DNA of 64,000 nucleotides from Vicinamibacterales bacterium. GTDB taxonomy: Bacteria; Acidobacteriota; Vicinamibacteria; Vicinamibacterales; 2-12-FULL-66-21. The translations under genes were made by a program, and so were the position numbers. This document shows, piece after piece, positions 1 through 9,811 of the stretch. Within the stretch, counting starts at the first letter, position 1, and every line of letters starts with the position of its first letter. Location of the stretch: contig DASPFV010000219.1 of assembly GCA_035620975.1 (NCBI GenBank), positions 6,908 through 70,907 of the forward strand. Reading direction: 5' to 3'. Below the pieces are notes generated by a model. That model was not told where the DNA came from. It was given only the letters and a program-made list of their open reading frames with translations, and ran no database searches.

Positions 1-1
1 C

Positions 2-631
2 GAGCGGGCTGGCGACCTGACGAGACCGAAGCTCGAGCGCACGGCCCTGCTGCTGGTCGATGTCCAGAACGACTTCTGTCCGGGCGGCGCCCTTGCCGTT
101 CCCGCCGCCGATCGCGTGATTGCCCCCCTGAATTCGGCGAGTGCCCGCTTCGCCGCGGCCGGGCAGCCCGTCTACGCCTCGAGAGACTGGCATCCGCCCG
201 ACTCCACCCATTTTCAGGCGTTCGGCGGTCGATGGCCCGTGCACTGCGTGGCGGGCTCGCCGGGCGCGCAGTTCCATCCGGACCTGAAGCTCCCTGGCGA
301 CACGATCGTCGTCTCCGCGGGGCAGGGCCGCGAGGACGACGGCTACTCGGCGTTCGAGGGGACGACGACCGGCGGACGTGCGCTGGCAGACGACCTTCGC
401 GCGAGAGGCATCGAGGAGTTGTACGTCGGCGGGATCGCGACCGACTACTGCGTGCGGGCGTCGGTGCTCGATGCCCGCAAAGCCGGCTTCCGCGTGACGG
501 TGCTCGACGATGCCGTCGCCGGAATCGATCCGGACGACTCACGGCGCGCGCTGGAGGAGATGCGCGCTGCCGGAGCCGCGCTCATTTCGAGCGGCGAGCT
601 CGGATGGGCAGGCGAGACACGCGGCACCTGA
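2..631 (+). CDS. pncA: Nicotinamidase/pyrazinamidase (isochorismatase family), 5' end off-window or non-canonical
   Basis: Frame-2 translation from the window edge reads TALLLVDVQNDFCPGGALAV. Later motifs are DWHPPDSTHF and GIATDYCV (Cys nucleophile context), all nicotinamidase hallmarks. Homology starts upstream of the first listed start (GTG 116). Confidence 0.8.
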   Translation, partial: ERAGDLTRPKLERTALLLVDVQNDFCPGGALAVPAADRVIAPLNSASARFAAAGQPVYASRDWHPPDSTHFQAFGGRWPVHCVAGSPGAQFHPDLKLPGDTIVVSAGQGREDDGYSAFEGTTTGGRALADDLRARGIEELYVGGIATDYCVRASVLDARKAGFRVTVLDDAVAGIDPDDSRRALEEMRAAGAALISSGELGWAGETRGT

Positions 632-693
632 AGCGAAGCCGTGCACCCGGCCGCTGAGGCCGTGCCCGCGTGGAGGCTGCGTTCAGCACCCTG

Positions 694-2001
694 CTAGTGC
701 GCGAGCTCCAGGAGGAACATCTGCCTCGTGCCGTCGCTCGCGATGCCCGGCACGACGATCGCGTCGCTGGTCCGGTTCCAGGCGGGCGCGGGATCGAGAC
801 GCAGGGGCCCGCGATTCCAGGTCGAGAGAAACACCGGAGGCGACTTCACCACACGCCGCGTGCGCATCTCGAGAAAGGTGTAATGGTGGTACTCGCCGTC
901 CCGGTGCCCGTTGACGAACCAGCTGCCGTCCGGGCTCAGCGAGACGTCTCCCTCGGGGTTCGGGAACACATCCCTGCCTCCGAGCGAGTCGACGATCTGC
1001 TTCCGCGCCGTGTGGTAGACGACCTGACGGCCTTCGGATGACCCGATGATAGTCGGCCCCCAGGCCCACTCCGGGTGCCCCCCGATGAACGTCTCGTGGC
1101 GCGTCAGATCCGAGCCGTCGGGCCGTACCGTGAACACCGCGTTCACGCGTGGACCGTGCACCTGCTGCTCGAAATCGGCCCGGCAGAAGAAGTACAGCAG
1201 GTCGTTGTTCCGGTTGTTGAGCGTGTGATTGATGAAGAAGTGGCGTGCGTCGAGGTTCTCGACCGTCCCGCGCAGCGCCTCCTTCAACGTTGCGAACGAG
1301 ACGATCAAGGTCTTCGTTCCACTTCCGAGGTCGATCCGGAAGATGCCGTCGTCAGCCGGCGCGCCGGCGGTCGTCGTCCAGTCCCACGCCTCCGGATAGC
1401 CGGTAACCGGCCGCAGCCGTGCCATCCGCGCGTAGTTGATGGCCATGAAATAGCCGCCGTTCTGCGCGACGCCGCCGTTGGCGACTGGCGTGTCGTCGAA
1501 CCGGTACTCCCGCACGCGACGCCCCTTCCCGTTGTCAGCCGCGATGTCGAAGAGCACGGTGAACACCTTCCCGGTGGCCCGGTCGCGATCGTTGAAGAAG
1601 AACTGCGTCTCCGGGTGCTCCGGGTTCCAGTAGAACATCGTTCCCTGCTGCGGGTTCCAGGCTCGGGTCGAGTCCACGACGCGCATCGCGTAATTGTCGT
1701 GCGCATCGATGAGGCAGATCTCGGCGGCGTCCCCGGCGTTGGGCAGCCGGTCCTGAAAGCCGACCTGGAGCGCAAGGAGGTAGCGCCCGCTCGCGTTCCA
1801 GGGAATCGTGCGGCTCTGGCCGATGTACCCGAAGTAGTGGTGCCGCGGTCCCTGGGTGATCTGCGTGACCTTCATCCCGATCTGCGCAGCGGACCGCGTG
1901 TTCCCGCCGCCGAGAGCGGCGATCCCGCAGCAGAGGATCAGTCCGATTCGAGCGGGGCTCGAAGGTCGCGAGCGGATCTCGCTGCAACCGATGCTGCTCA
2001 T
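694..2001 (-). CDS. Hypothetical exported protein, probable beta-propeller-like fold
   Basis: 435-aa ORF with high third-position GC. The N-terminus has a hydrophobic signal-like stretch (RIGLILCCGIAALGG). The body is rich in repeated beta-strand/W/G/D motifs. No family recognised with confidence. Confidence 0.55.
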   Translation of the reverse strand: MSSIGCSEIRSRPSSPARIGLILCCGIAALGGGNTRSAAQIGMKVTQITQGPRHHYFGYIGQSRTIPWNASGRYLLALQVGFQDRLPNAGDAAEICLIDAHDNYAMRVVDSTRAWNPQQGTMFYWNPEHPETQFFFNDRDRATGKVFTVLFDIAADNGKGRRVREYRFDDTPVANGGVAQNGGYFMAINYARMARLRPVTGYPEAWDWTTTAGAPADDGIFRIDLGSGTKTLIVSFATLKEALRGTVENLDARHFFINHTLNNRNNDLLYFFCRADFEQQVHGPRVNAVFTVRPDGSDLTRHETFIGGHPEWAWGPTIIGSSEGRQVVYHTARKQIVDSLGGRDVFPNPEGDVSLSPDGSWFVNGHRDGEYHHYTFLEMRTRRVVKSPPVFLSTWNRGPLRLDPAPAWNRTSDAIVVPGIASDGTRQMFLLELAH

Positions 2002-2034
2002 CTATCCTCGTGGTGTCGCACCGCGCCCGACCAT

Positions 2035-2391
2035 TCATCTGCCGCCGCGTGGCAGTTCGTCGCCAGACTGCGAGTAGGCCGGAGGCACGTAGACGTTCAG
2101 GGTCCTGAGCGGCGCGCGGCCCGTGTTCCGGATCTCGTGGCGATCGCCGCGCTCGATCAGGATCAGCGTGCCGGGGCCGAGCTTGACCCGTCGGCCGTTC
2201 ACGATCGCGAGGCCGGTCCCCGACTCCACGAAGAGCCACTGGTCGGCGCCGCGATGGTAGTTGTCAGGTCCACCCTCGCGGTCGCCCGCTCCCAGCGTCA
2301 TCGTGGCCGCCTGCGACCGGCGGTTGCCCGCCGCGACGCGGAAGCCCTGGCCAAATCGCAACGCCGCGGTGCGTTTCATGCGGCGGAGCAT
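2035..2391 (-). CDS. Cupin domain protein
   Basis: Small ORF with a cupin-like core (QWLFVESGTGLAIVNGRRVKLGPGTLILIERGDRHEIRNTG). Confidence 0.7.
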   Translation of the reverse strand: MLRRMKRTAALRFGQGFRVAAGNRRSQAATMTLGAGDREGGPDNYHRGADQWLFVESGTGLAIVNGRRVKLGPGTLILIERGDRHEIRNTGRAPLRTLNVYVPPAYSQSGDELPRGGR

Positions 2392-2480
2392 AGCATGGAG
2401 CTCGCGGGACGCCGCCGAGTCGCCGGGGGTCCGGCGTGCGCCACGAGTTCCCGTGCGATACTCGTCCGCTGGGGTACGGC

Positions 2481-3878
2481 ATGACGCTGCAGAGCATCAA
2501 TCCCGCGACGGGCGAGCTCATCGAGCGTTTCGACGAGATCGGCGACGCGGATCTCGACGCGGCCATTGCGCGGGCGGAGCAGACGTTCCTCGCCTATCGG
2601 CGCACGTCGTTCGCCGAGCGTGCGGGCTGTCTACAGGAGGCCGCGCGAATCCTCGAGAGCGAGAAGGAGGCCTGGGCGCGGCTGATGACGCGCGAGATGG
2701 GCAAGACTTTCAGAGCGGCCGTGGCCGAAGCCGAGAAATGCGCCTGGGCCTGCCGTTATTTCGCGGACAATGGCGCGCGCTTCCTCGCCGACGAGACGAT
2801 CGAGACCGATGCGAGCCGGAGCTACGTCCGCTACCTCCCGCTCGGGCCGGTCCTCGCCGTCATGCCGTGGAACTTCCCCTTCTGGCAGGTGGTGCGGTTT
2901 GCCGCTCCGGCGCTGATGGCCGGCAACGTCGGACTGCTCAAGCACGCGTCCAACGTGCCCGGCTGTGCCCTGGCCCTCGAGGAGATCTTCCGCCGCGCCG
3001 GCTTCCCGGCCGGTGCTTTCCAGGCGCTCCTCATGGGGCCAGAGCGCGTCGCGCGCGTGATCGCCGACGAGCGCGTCAGGGCCATCACCCTGACGGGCTC
3101 GGACGTCGCCGGCGCAAGGGTGGCCGAGCAGGCGGGCAAGCACATCAAGAAAACAGTGCTCGAGCTCGGCGGCTCGGATCCGTTCCTCGTCCTCCCGAGC
3201 GCCGATCTGAGCGCGGCCGTGACGACAGCGATCGCCGCACGCACGATCAACAACGGGCAGTCCTGCATCGCCGCCAAGCGCTTCATCGTGCACAGGCAGG
3301 TGTACGACGAGTTCGAGCGGCGCATGGTCGAGGGCTTGGCCCGGCTCACCGTGGGTGACCCGATGCATGCGGACACCGATGTCGGTCCGTTGGCCACGGC
3401 GCCGATCCTGGAGACCGTCGAACGCCAGGTGAACGAGTCCGTACGGGCGGGCGCGCGCCTGCTCACGGGTGGCAGGCGGATCGATGGCCCGGGCCACTTC
3501 TTCCAGGTGACCGCCCTGAGCCGGATACCGCCGCAAGCCCCGGCCTACTCGGAAGAGGTGTTCGGTCCCGTGGCGCTGCTGTTCGAGGTCCGCGACCTGG
3601 ACGAAGCGATCGAGCTCGGGAATGCCAGCGTCTACGGGCTGGGCTCCAGCGTGTGGACGAACGAGGAGGCGGAACGCCGACGCTGCGTCGACGACCTGGA
3701 GGCCGGCACGACGTTCATCAACGCGATGGTCGCGTCGGATCCGCGCCTGCCGTTCGGCGGAGTGAAACGCTCCGGCTACGGCCGTGAGCTGGGGTGCCAC
3801 GGCATCCGCGAGTTCGTCAACGCCAAGGCGGTAAGCATCACGGATCGTGGCAGCGGCGGCGGGAGTGAGACCGAGTGA
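2481..3878 (+). CDS. NAD(P)+-dependent aldehyde dehydrogenase (succinate-semialdehyde dehydrogenase-like)
   Basis: MTLQSINPATGE N-terminus, ELGGSDP, and the catalytic Cys context NNGQSCIAAKRF. The internal ATG at 2481 matches the family N-terminus better than the ORF-track start at 2436. Confidence 0.9.
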   Translation: MTLQSINPATGELIERFDEIGDADLDAAIARAEQTFLAYRRTSFAERAGCLQEAARILESEKEAWARLMTREMGKTFRAAVAEAEKCAWACRYFADNGARFLADETIETDASRSYVRYLPLGPVLAVMPWNFPFWQVVRFAAPALMAGNVGLLKHASNVPGCALALEEIFRRAGFPAGAFQALLMGPERVARVIADERVRAITLTGSDVAGARVAEQAGKHIKKTVLELGGSDPFLVLPSADLSAAVTTAIAARTINNGQSCIAAKRFIVHRQVYDEFERRMVEGLARLTVGDPMHADTDVGPLATAPILETVERQVNESVRAGARLLTGGRRIDGPGHFFQVTALSRIPPQAPAYSEEVFGPVALLFEVRDLDEAIELGNASVYGLGSSVWTNEEAERRRCVDDLEAGTTFINAMVASDPRLPFGGVKRSGYGRELGCHGIREFVNAKAVSITDRGSGGGSETE

Positions 3879-3997
3879 CCGGGGACGCTCGATGGGCGCG
3901 ACCGCGGATGGACACGGCTTGCATCGGGCTCTCACGGGACGCGGATGAACGCGGATGACGCGGAGTGCACCGGGCATCACGGGACGGAGGCAGAACG

Positions 3998-4492
3998 ATG
4001 GGACTGGCAGAGAAGTTCGTGGCGGAGATCGACCGCGAGATGCCTCCGACGCGCAGGCTGCTCGAGCGCGTGCCAACCGACAGGGGCCAGTGGAAGCCCC
4101 ATCCGAAGTCGTTCGCGCTCGGGCATCTGGCGCAGCTCGTGTCCGACATGCCTGGCTGGCTGACCCGCGTGGCGCGTGGAGAGGACATCGATCTGGCCGG
4201 CGGCCCGGGATACGGCTTTCATCCGACCGAGACGCTGCTCGAGAACTTCGACCGCCACGTGCGCGAAAGCCGCGAGGCGCTCGCCGAGTTCAAGGACGAG
4301 GACTACGCGCGTCCCTGGAACCTCAGAATGGGCGACAAGGTGCTCTTCACGGACGAGCGCGGCATGGTGCTACGGCAGACGATCAACCACTTCAGCCACC
4401 ACCGCGGACAGCTGACGGTATACCTGCGGTTGCTCGACGTCGCCGTGCCGTCGATCTACGGACCTACCGCTGACGAAGGTTGGAAGGCATAG
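3998..4492 (+). CDS. DinB family protein
   Basis: About 165 aa with His-containing helices (LGHLAQLV, INHFSHHRGQLTVYLR) typical of the DinB/YfiT four-helix bundle. GGAGG lies 7 nt upstream of ATG 3998. Confidence 0.75.
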   Translation: MGLAEKFVAEIDREMPPTRRLLERVPTDRGQWKPHPKSFALGHLAQLVSDMPGWLTRVARGEDIDLAGGPGYGFHPTETLLENFDRHVRESREALAEFKDEDYARPWNLRMGDKVLFTDERGMVLRQTINHFSHHRGQLTVYLRLLDVAVPSIYGPTADEGWKA

Positions 4493-4636
4493 GCCCGCGG
4501 CAGCGGAGCGGGCCACTCCACATTCCGAGCAGACAGTCCACTCTGGTTGCCCACCCCGCGTGCGCCGGACTCGCGAAGCCATGAAGGCGCGCCGAGGCGC
4601 GATGGGGGGTCCGACGGGGCGACGCCCGGTTTCACT

Positions 4637-7045
4637 TCAGTCGTGCCGTAGCGCGACAACGGGGTCGACCCGCACGGCGCGCAGTGCCGGGACGACGTGG
4701 GCCAGGAGCACTGCCGACGTGAGCGTCGCGAGGCCGACGGCCAGCGAGACGGGATCGCCCGGCGTCACGCCGAACAGGGCGCCCGACACTGCCTCTCCCG
4801 ATCCGATCCCGATGACGGCCCCGGCCACGAGTCCCGCGAGCAGCGGCGCAACACTGCTCCGCAGCACCAGGCCGACCGCATGGCGGCGCGAGGCGCCGAG
4901 CGCGGCTCGAATCCCGATCTCGCGCGTGCGGGAGGCCACGGCTGCCGCCGATACGGCATACACGCCCACCGCCGCGAGCAGGAGCGCGGCCGCCGCGAAC
5001 GCCGCCACCAGCTGCAGGTAGAAGCGCCGCGGCGCGAGCGTTGCCCCCATCCATTGGTCCATGCTGCGGACGTACGATGCGGGAACGTCGGGATCGACCG
5101 CGGCTATCTCGCGTCGCACCAGGTTCGCGGCCGCCAGCGGCGCGCCGTCCGTCTGGACTACCCAATACATGTTGTTGGCGAGCCAGATCGTCGTCGGATC
5201 GGGAACCTGCGGGATGGGCACGTAGACCTCGATCACGGCTTCCTTCTCCAGACCGAAGTGCCTCACGTCCCCGACGACGCCCACGACCTCCACCTCGCGC
5301 GGGACTGTCTGGCCGTCGTCGAGGCGCATGCGTCGGCCGATGGCACCTCCGGCGAAATAGTGCCGCGCCAGGGTCTCGTTGATGATGGCGACCGGTGCCG
5401 AGTCGTGTCGATCCGCGGCGGTGAAGGCGCGACCGTTCCGGACGGGGATCCCCATTGCGCGGAAGTAGTCCGGGCTGACCATGCGGTAGTGGGCTTCGGG
5501 AGCGTCCTTCACCATCACGCCGTCCACGAAGAACGCGGTGGTGGCCAGATAGCCGTTCATCGGGACGACGTTGGCCGCGGCGACGGCGCGAACCCCGGGG
5601 AGGGCCGCGATGCGCGGCTGCAGCTGGTTGTAGAACGTGTCGATCGCCGCGCCGCCGCTGTAGCGCGCGCGCGGCAGCGACAATCGAACCGTCAGGGTCT
5701 GTGACGGTCGGAAGCCGGGATCGACCGCCTGCACGTGCTGGAGACTGCGCGCCAGGAGTCCGGCCGTCAGCAGCAATGAGGTCGACAGGGCGACTTCCGC
5801 GAAGACGAGCAGGGAGCGGATCCGACCGCCCGCGACCGTCGAACCGCGGTCGCCTTCCTGGAGGGTGGCACGCAGATCGCGGCGCCCGGCCTGCAGCGCC
5901 GGGGCGATCCCGACGAGCAGGCTGGCGCCGAGCGACGCCAGGAGCGTGAACAGGCCGGCGCGCATGTCGACCCGGACCTCTGCCGCGCGGGGCAGATCGG
6001 CCGGACCGATGGCCAGGACCGCCTGCACCAGCCCGCCGGCAGCCAGCAGGCCGAGGGCTCCGGCGACCATGCCGAGGGCCGTGGCCTCCATCAGGAGGTG
6101 CACCACGATTCGGAATCGGGACGCGCCGAGCGCGGCTCGCAGGGCGAGCTCGCGCCGCCGGGCGACGCCGCGGACGAGGAACAGGTTCGCGACGTTGGCG
6201 CAGGCGACCAGCAGCACGAGGCCGACCGCCACCAGGAGCGTCCACAGCATGGGGGCGGATCGCCCGCTCACGTCCTCGTGCAGGGCGACCACGCGTATCG
6301 ACGTGTCGGAGCCGTGCGAGTCGGGGTACTCGTCCCGCAGCCGCCGGCCGACGGCCGCCAGGTCATCAGCCGCCTGGGCAACGGTCGCTCCGGGCTTCAG
6401 GCGTGCGACGACGCGGAGGAAGGCCTGCGCGCGGTTGGCGCGCCGCACGTCGGTGGACGGCGAAAACGGCACGACGAGGTCCGCCTCGCGCAGGAACGGG
6501 ATGAAATCCGGCCGCAGCACGCCGACGATCGTGAAGGCCTCGCCGTTGACGAGCATCGATGCCCCTACCGCGTCCGCGGCTCCGCCGAACCGCCGCTGCC
6601 AGAGGCCGTGGCCGAGCAGCGCCACGGCCTGCCGCTCGTCGTCAGGCTGAATGCGACGCCCGAGCGCGACCTCAGCACCGGTGACCTCGAAGAAGTCGGC
6701 GGAGACGCGCATGGCCGAGACCCGCTCGGCCTCCCCGCTTCCCGTGAGATTCGCGCTCCAGCCGAAGAACGACGCGAGGCCATCCAGCGTGCGGGAGGAC
6801 TGCCGGAAGTCTTCGACATCGGGCAGCGAGAGCGGGTGGCGGTCGGTTCCCGGGCGGACGATCGTGAAGGTGACGAGGCGATCGGGCTCGCGGAGCGGGA
6901 GCGGGCGGAGGAGGGACGCGTTCACGAGCGTGAAGATCGCGGTGTTCGCGCCGATGGCCAGCGCGAGCACGGCGATGACGCCCGCCGCGAACGCGGGTTC
7001 GCGCCGCAGCGGCCGGAGGGCCTGCCGAAGGTCAGGGACGATCAT
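4637..7045 (-). CDS. ADOP-family (MacB/FtsX-like duplicated) ABC transporter permease
   Basis: N-terminus MIVPDLRQALRPLRREPAFAAGVIAVLALAIGANTAIF, two FtsX-type 4-TM modules each preceded by a large periplasmic domain, and C-terminus ALRAVRVDPVVALRHD. The start is moved to the internal ATG at 7045. Confidence 0.9.
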   Translation of the reverse strand: MIVPDLRQALRPLRREPAFAAGVIAVLALAIGANTAIFTLVNASLLRPLPLREPDRLVTFTIVRPGTDRHPLSLPDVEDFRQSSRTLDGLASFFGWSANLTGSGEAERVSAMRVSADFFEVTGAEVALGRRIQPDDERQAVALLGHGLWQRRFGGAADAVGASMLVNGEAFTIVGVLRPDFIPFLREADLVVPFSPSTDVRRANRAQAFLRVVARLKPGATVAQAADDLAAVGRRLRDEYPDSHGSDTSIRVVALHEDVSGRSAPMLWTLLVAVGLVLLVACANVANLFLVRGVARRRELALRAALGASRFRIVVHLLMEATALGMVAGALGLLAAGGLVQAVLAIGPADLPRAAEVRVDMRAGLFTLLASLGASLLVGIAPALQAGRRDLRATLQEGDRGSTVAGGRIRSLLVFAEVALSTSLLLTAGLLARSLQHVQAVDPGFRPSQTLTVRLSLPRARYSGGAAIDTFYNQLQPRIAALPGVRAVAAANVVPMNGYLATTAFFVDGVMVKDAPEAHYRMVSPDYFRAMGIPVRNGRAFTAADRHDSAPVAIINETLARHYFAGGAIGRRMRLDDGQTVPREVEVVGVVGDVRHFGLEKEAVIEVYVPIPQVPDPTTIWLANNMYWVVQTDGAPLAAANLVRREIAAVDPDVPASYVRSMDQWMGATLAPRRFYLQLVAAFAAAALLLAAVGVYAVSAAAVASRTREIGIRAALGASRRHAVGLVLRSSVAPLLAGLVAGAVIGIGSGEAVSGALFGVTPGDPVSLAVGLATLTSAVLLAHVVPALRAVRVDPVVALRHD

Positions 7046-7115
7046 GCGCCGAGGATACGCCCGGACCAGGCTACAATGAAGCTCATTGTTTTCATCGGAT
7101 GGATGAACTGAGCTC

Positions 7116-8069
7116 ATGGACATCGACATCCGGCACCTGCGGATGGTGACGGCCATCGCGGCCTCGGGCAGCGTGACGCGGGCCGGCCGGGAGCTGCGGC
7201 TCACGCAGTCGGCCGTGAGCCACCAGCTGCGTGGAATCGAGGAGCGGCTCGGGACGCCGCTGTTCCTCAGGCTGGGCAAGCGCATGGTCGTGACCGCCGC
7301 GGGGGAGCGCGTGCTTGCCCTGGCCGGGCGAGTGCTCCGGGACCTCGAGGCCACGGAGGCGGACGTGCGGCGGCACGGCGCGGGGCAGACAGGCGTGATC
7401 CGCGTGTGCGCGCAATGCAACACCGGCTATCACTGGCTGCCGCCGCTGGTCGAGATGTTCCGGCGCCGGCACCCGGCCGTCGAGGTGTCGCTGGCGGTCG
7501 AGTGCACGGTGCGGCCAGTGGAGGCGCTGCTCGACGGACGCCTCGACGTGGCGATCGTCACCGAGGCCGTTCGCCACGCCCGGGTCCGCACCCGCCCGCT
7601 CTTCGAGGACGAGCACGCGGTCGTGGTCGCGCCCGGTCATCCGCTCGCGAGGCGCGCCTTCGTCCGTCCCGAGGATCTCGCGGACGAGCGTCTGCTGCTC
7701 TACGCCAGCTCTCCGGACGACAGCTTCACGATTCAGAAGATTCTGCGGCCAGCGGGCGTGGTGCCCCGGCGTGTGTCGTTCGTCATGCTCACGGAGGCGA
7801 TTCTCGCGATGGTGAAGGCGCGGCTCGGCGTCAGTGTCATGCAGACCTGGGCGATTGAGCCGGCGCTGCGCGCCCGCGACGTCAGGGCCGTCCCTATCAC
7901 GCCCGCGGGGATTCGCAGGCAGTGGAGCGCGGCCACCCGCAGGGAGGCGGGCGAGGTCGCGCACGTCGAGGCGTTCATCGATCTCCTCGCGGTGCGCGCC
8001 TTGCCGGCCCGCCGTCGTCCGCTCGCTGTCCGGCCCCGGCTCCGGGCTGCCGCGACGGGCAGGCGCTAG
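7116..8069 (+). CDS. LysR-family transcriptional regulator
   Basis: N-terminal wHTH (IRHLRMVTAIAASGSVTRAGRELRLTQSAVSHQLRGIEERLG) plus a LysR substrate-binding domain. It is divergent from the ADOP permease. Confidence 0.9.
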   Translation: MDIDIRHLRMVTAIAASGSVTRAGRELRLTQSAVSHQLRGIEERLGTPLFLRLGKRMVVTAAGERVLALAGRVLRDLEATEADVRRHGAGQTGVIRVCAQCNTGYHWLPPLVEMFRRRHPAVEVSLAVECTVRPVEALLDGRLDVAIVTEAVRHARVRTRPLFEDEHAVVVAPGHPLARRAFVRPEDLADERLLLYASSPDDSFTIQKILRPAGVVPRRVSFVMLTEAILAMVKARLGVSVMQTWAIEPALRARDVRAVPITPAGIRRQWSAATRREAGEVAHVEAFIDLLAVRALPARRRPLAVRPRLRAAATGRR

Positions 8070-8208
8070 CACTGTCGGTCGGTCCGGTTGCCGCTCGCTC
8101 GAAAATGGACTGGACCGGCTGGGCGCCTGGCAGGAAACACGGGCATGCCCGGCCGCCGGCCCACCGGAGCCGGGCTGACCCGGCGACGACCATATAATTC
8201 CCTGTTCC

Positions 8209-9714
8209 GTGACCTCACAGATTCACGTCAACCGTCCGCACGACCGTTCCTTCCTGGTGGCAGCGATTGTTGCCGGGGCCATCGGCGTGGGCGCCGCGGC
8301 CCTCTACTTCCTCCAGGATCTGACCCTGAGCCACTACGACGCAAAAGCGCACCTGGTGGTGGCGCGCCGGATCGTCGACTCCATGCGTCCCGGCTGGAAG
8401 CAGATTGGCGCCGTGTGGCTGCCGCTGCCGCATCTGCTCAACGTGGTCCCGGTCCAGTTCGATCCGTTCTACAGGACCGGACTCTCCGCCGTGGCGTTCT
8501 CGGTCGCGGGCTTCGTGACGGCCGCCGTGTCGCTGTGGTGGATCGTCGCACGATCCACGGGTTCGCCTATCGCGGCATGGGCGGCGTTTACCGTCCTGGC
8601 CGCGCACCCCGACGTGCTCTACCTCCAGGCCACGCCCATGACCGAGTCGCTGCTGATGGGATTCTGTCTGCTGGGCACGGCGTTCACCTGGAAGTGGGTG
8701 ATGTCGGCAGGGGCGTCTCGCGTCTGGCCGGCAGGCTTGACGTTGGCGCTGGCCTGTCTGACGCGCTACGAAGCCTGGCCGATTGCGGCGGCAGCGGTCG
8801 GTCTTGCCGCCGTGGCGCTCGTCCGGCTCGGTGTTCCCTCCGCGCGGGCCTGCGCGAGAGCCGCCGCGCTGGGGTCGTTCCCGGCGGTCGCCGTGTCCGC
8901 ATTCCTGGTGCTGAGCCGCACGACCGTTGGAAGCTGGCTGGTCACCGGCGGCTTCTTCGAAGTGGACCACGCCACCTACCACAAGCCCCTCGTGGTCGGC
9001 GAAGCGATCTGGGCCGGGCTGAGGGTGGTCAACGGCGAACTGACCACGATGGTCGGAACGATGGCGCTGGTCCTCCTGATCGTGACGATCGTCCGGACGC
9101 GGCAGTCGGCGCACCTGCTGATCGTTCTCGCGCTCCTGGCGTGCATCGCGCTGCCGCTGTATGCGTTCTGGCAGGGCCATCCGTTCCGGATCCGCTACAT
9201 GGTGCCGCTCACCATGGCGCTCGCGGCGATCACGGGCGTGGCGGTGGGGCTCCTCGGCCGATGCCGGACGCTGGCGGCGGGCCTCGTCATCGCGCTGGCC
9301 ATCCTGGAAACGCCCCCGCTGTCGGGACGCTCGCCCATGGTGATCGAAGCGCAGCGGGACGCCGAGAACGCCCGCGGTCGGCAGCGGGTGACTCAGTGCC
9401 TGACAGAGAGCTACGACCAGACCCCGATCCTCGCCAGCATGGCATCGCTCGCCCACTACATGCAGGAGACGGCCTGGATTGGACTGTCCATCCGGCAGTA
9501 CATCCACGAGGGGATCGGCCAGTTGTGGGCCGACAGCCTGGCCGAGGCGGGACGGCACGCGAGCTGGATCCTCGTCGACGAAGAAGGGGAGGGCGGTGAC
9601 GCCCTTGCGAGGCTCAGCCGGGCGTCGGACGAGTTCCTCGCCGGATTCGAACGCGTCTGCGAAGGGGGCGGCGTGGCCCTGTATCGGCGGGGCATGTGGC
9701 GCGGCGACATGTGA
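8209..9714 (+). CDS. Polytopic membrane protein, GT-C (ArnT/PMT-like) glycosyltransferase-like
   Basis: About 10 or more predicted TM helices followed by a soluble C-terminal domain. The early loop motif (LSHYDAKAHLVVARR) and overall topology resemble family-39/83 glycosyltransferases. The assignment rests on architecture only. Confidence 0.55.
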   Translation: MTSQIHVNRPHDRSFLVAAIVAGAIGVGAAALYFLQDLTLSHYDAKAHLVVARRIVDSMRPGWKQIGAVWLPLPHLLNVVPVQFDPFYRTGLSAVAFSVAGFVTAAVSLWWIVARSTGSPIAAWAAFTVLAAHPDVLYLQATPMTESLLMGFCLLGTAFTWKWVMSAGASRVWPAGLTLALACLTRYEAWPIAAAAVGLAAVALVRLGVPSARACARAAALGSFPAVAVSAFLVLSRTTVGSWLVTGGFFEVDHATYHKPLVVGEAIWAGLRVVNGELTTMVGTMALVLLIVTIVRTRQSAHLLIVLALLACIALPLYAFWQGHPFRIRYMVPLTMALAAITGVAVGLLGRCRTLAAGLVIALAILETPPLSGRSPMVIEAQRDAENARGRQRVTQCLTESYDQTPILASMASLAHYMQETAWIGLSIRQYIHEGIGQLWADSLAEAGRHASWILVDEEGEGGDALARLSRASDEFLAGFERVCEGGGVALYRRGMWRGDM

Positions 9715-9811
9715 CGTCGCGCCGGGTCACCGAGGTCCACGGCGCGGGGCATCTCGCACCCGACACGCGACTGGGTCGACCATCCCGAACAGAAAGCTGC
9801 CAGGAGGCACC

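Noticed and set aside
4632-6245. 537-aa minus-strand ORF. The long plus-strand ORFs at 4697-5704 and 6098-7111 are similar.
   Set aside because: These are alternative frames over the ADOP permease gene, with Arg/Pro/Gly-rich translations and no membrane-protein character.
8193-8198. Perfect TATAAT hexamer 10 nt upstream of the GTG start at 8209 (possible leaderless promoter)
   Set aside because: There is no acceptable -35 at 16-18 nt spacing and no extended -10 TG. Leaderless initiation on GTG is also inefficient, so a single hexamer match is not enough.
8088-9599. 503-aa plus-strand ORF overlapping the GT-C-like membrane protein gene
   Set aside because: The frame-shifted translation is Arg/Gly/Pro-rich. 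The 8209-9714 frame gives a coherent polytopic membrane protein instead.
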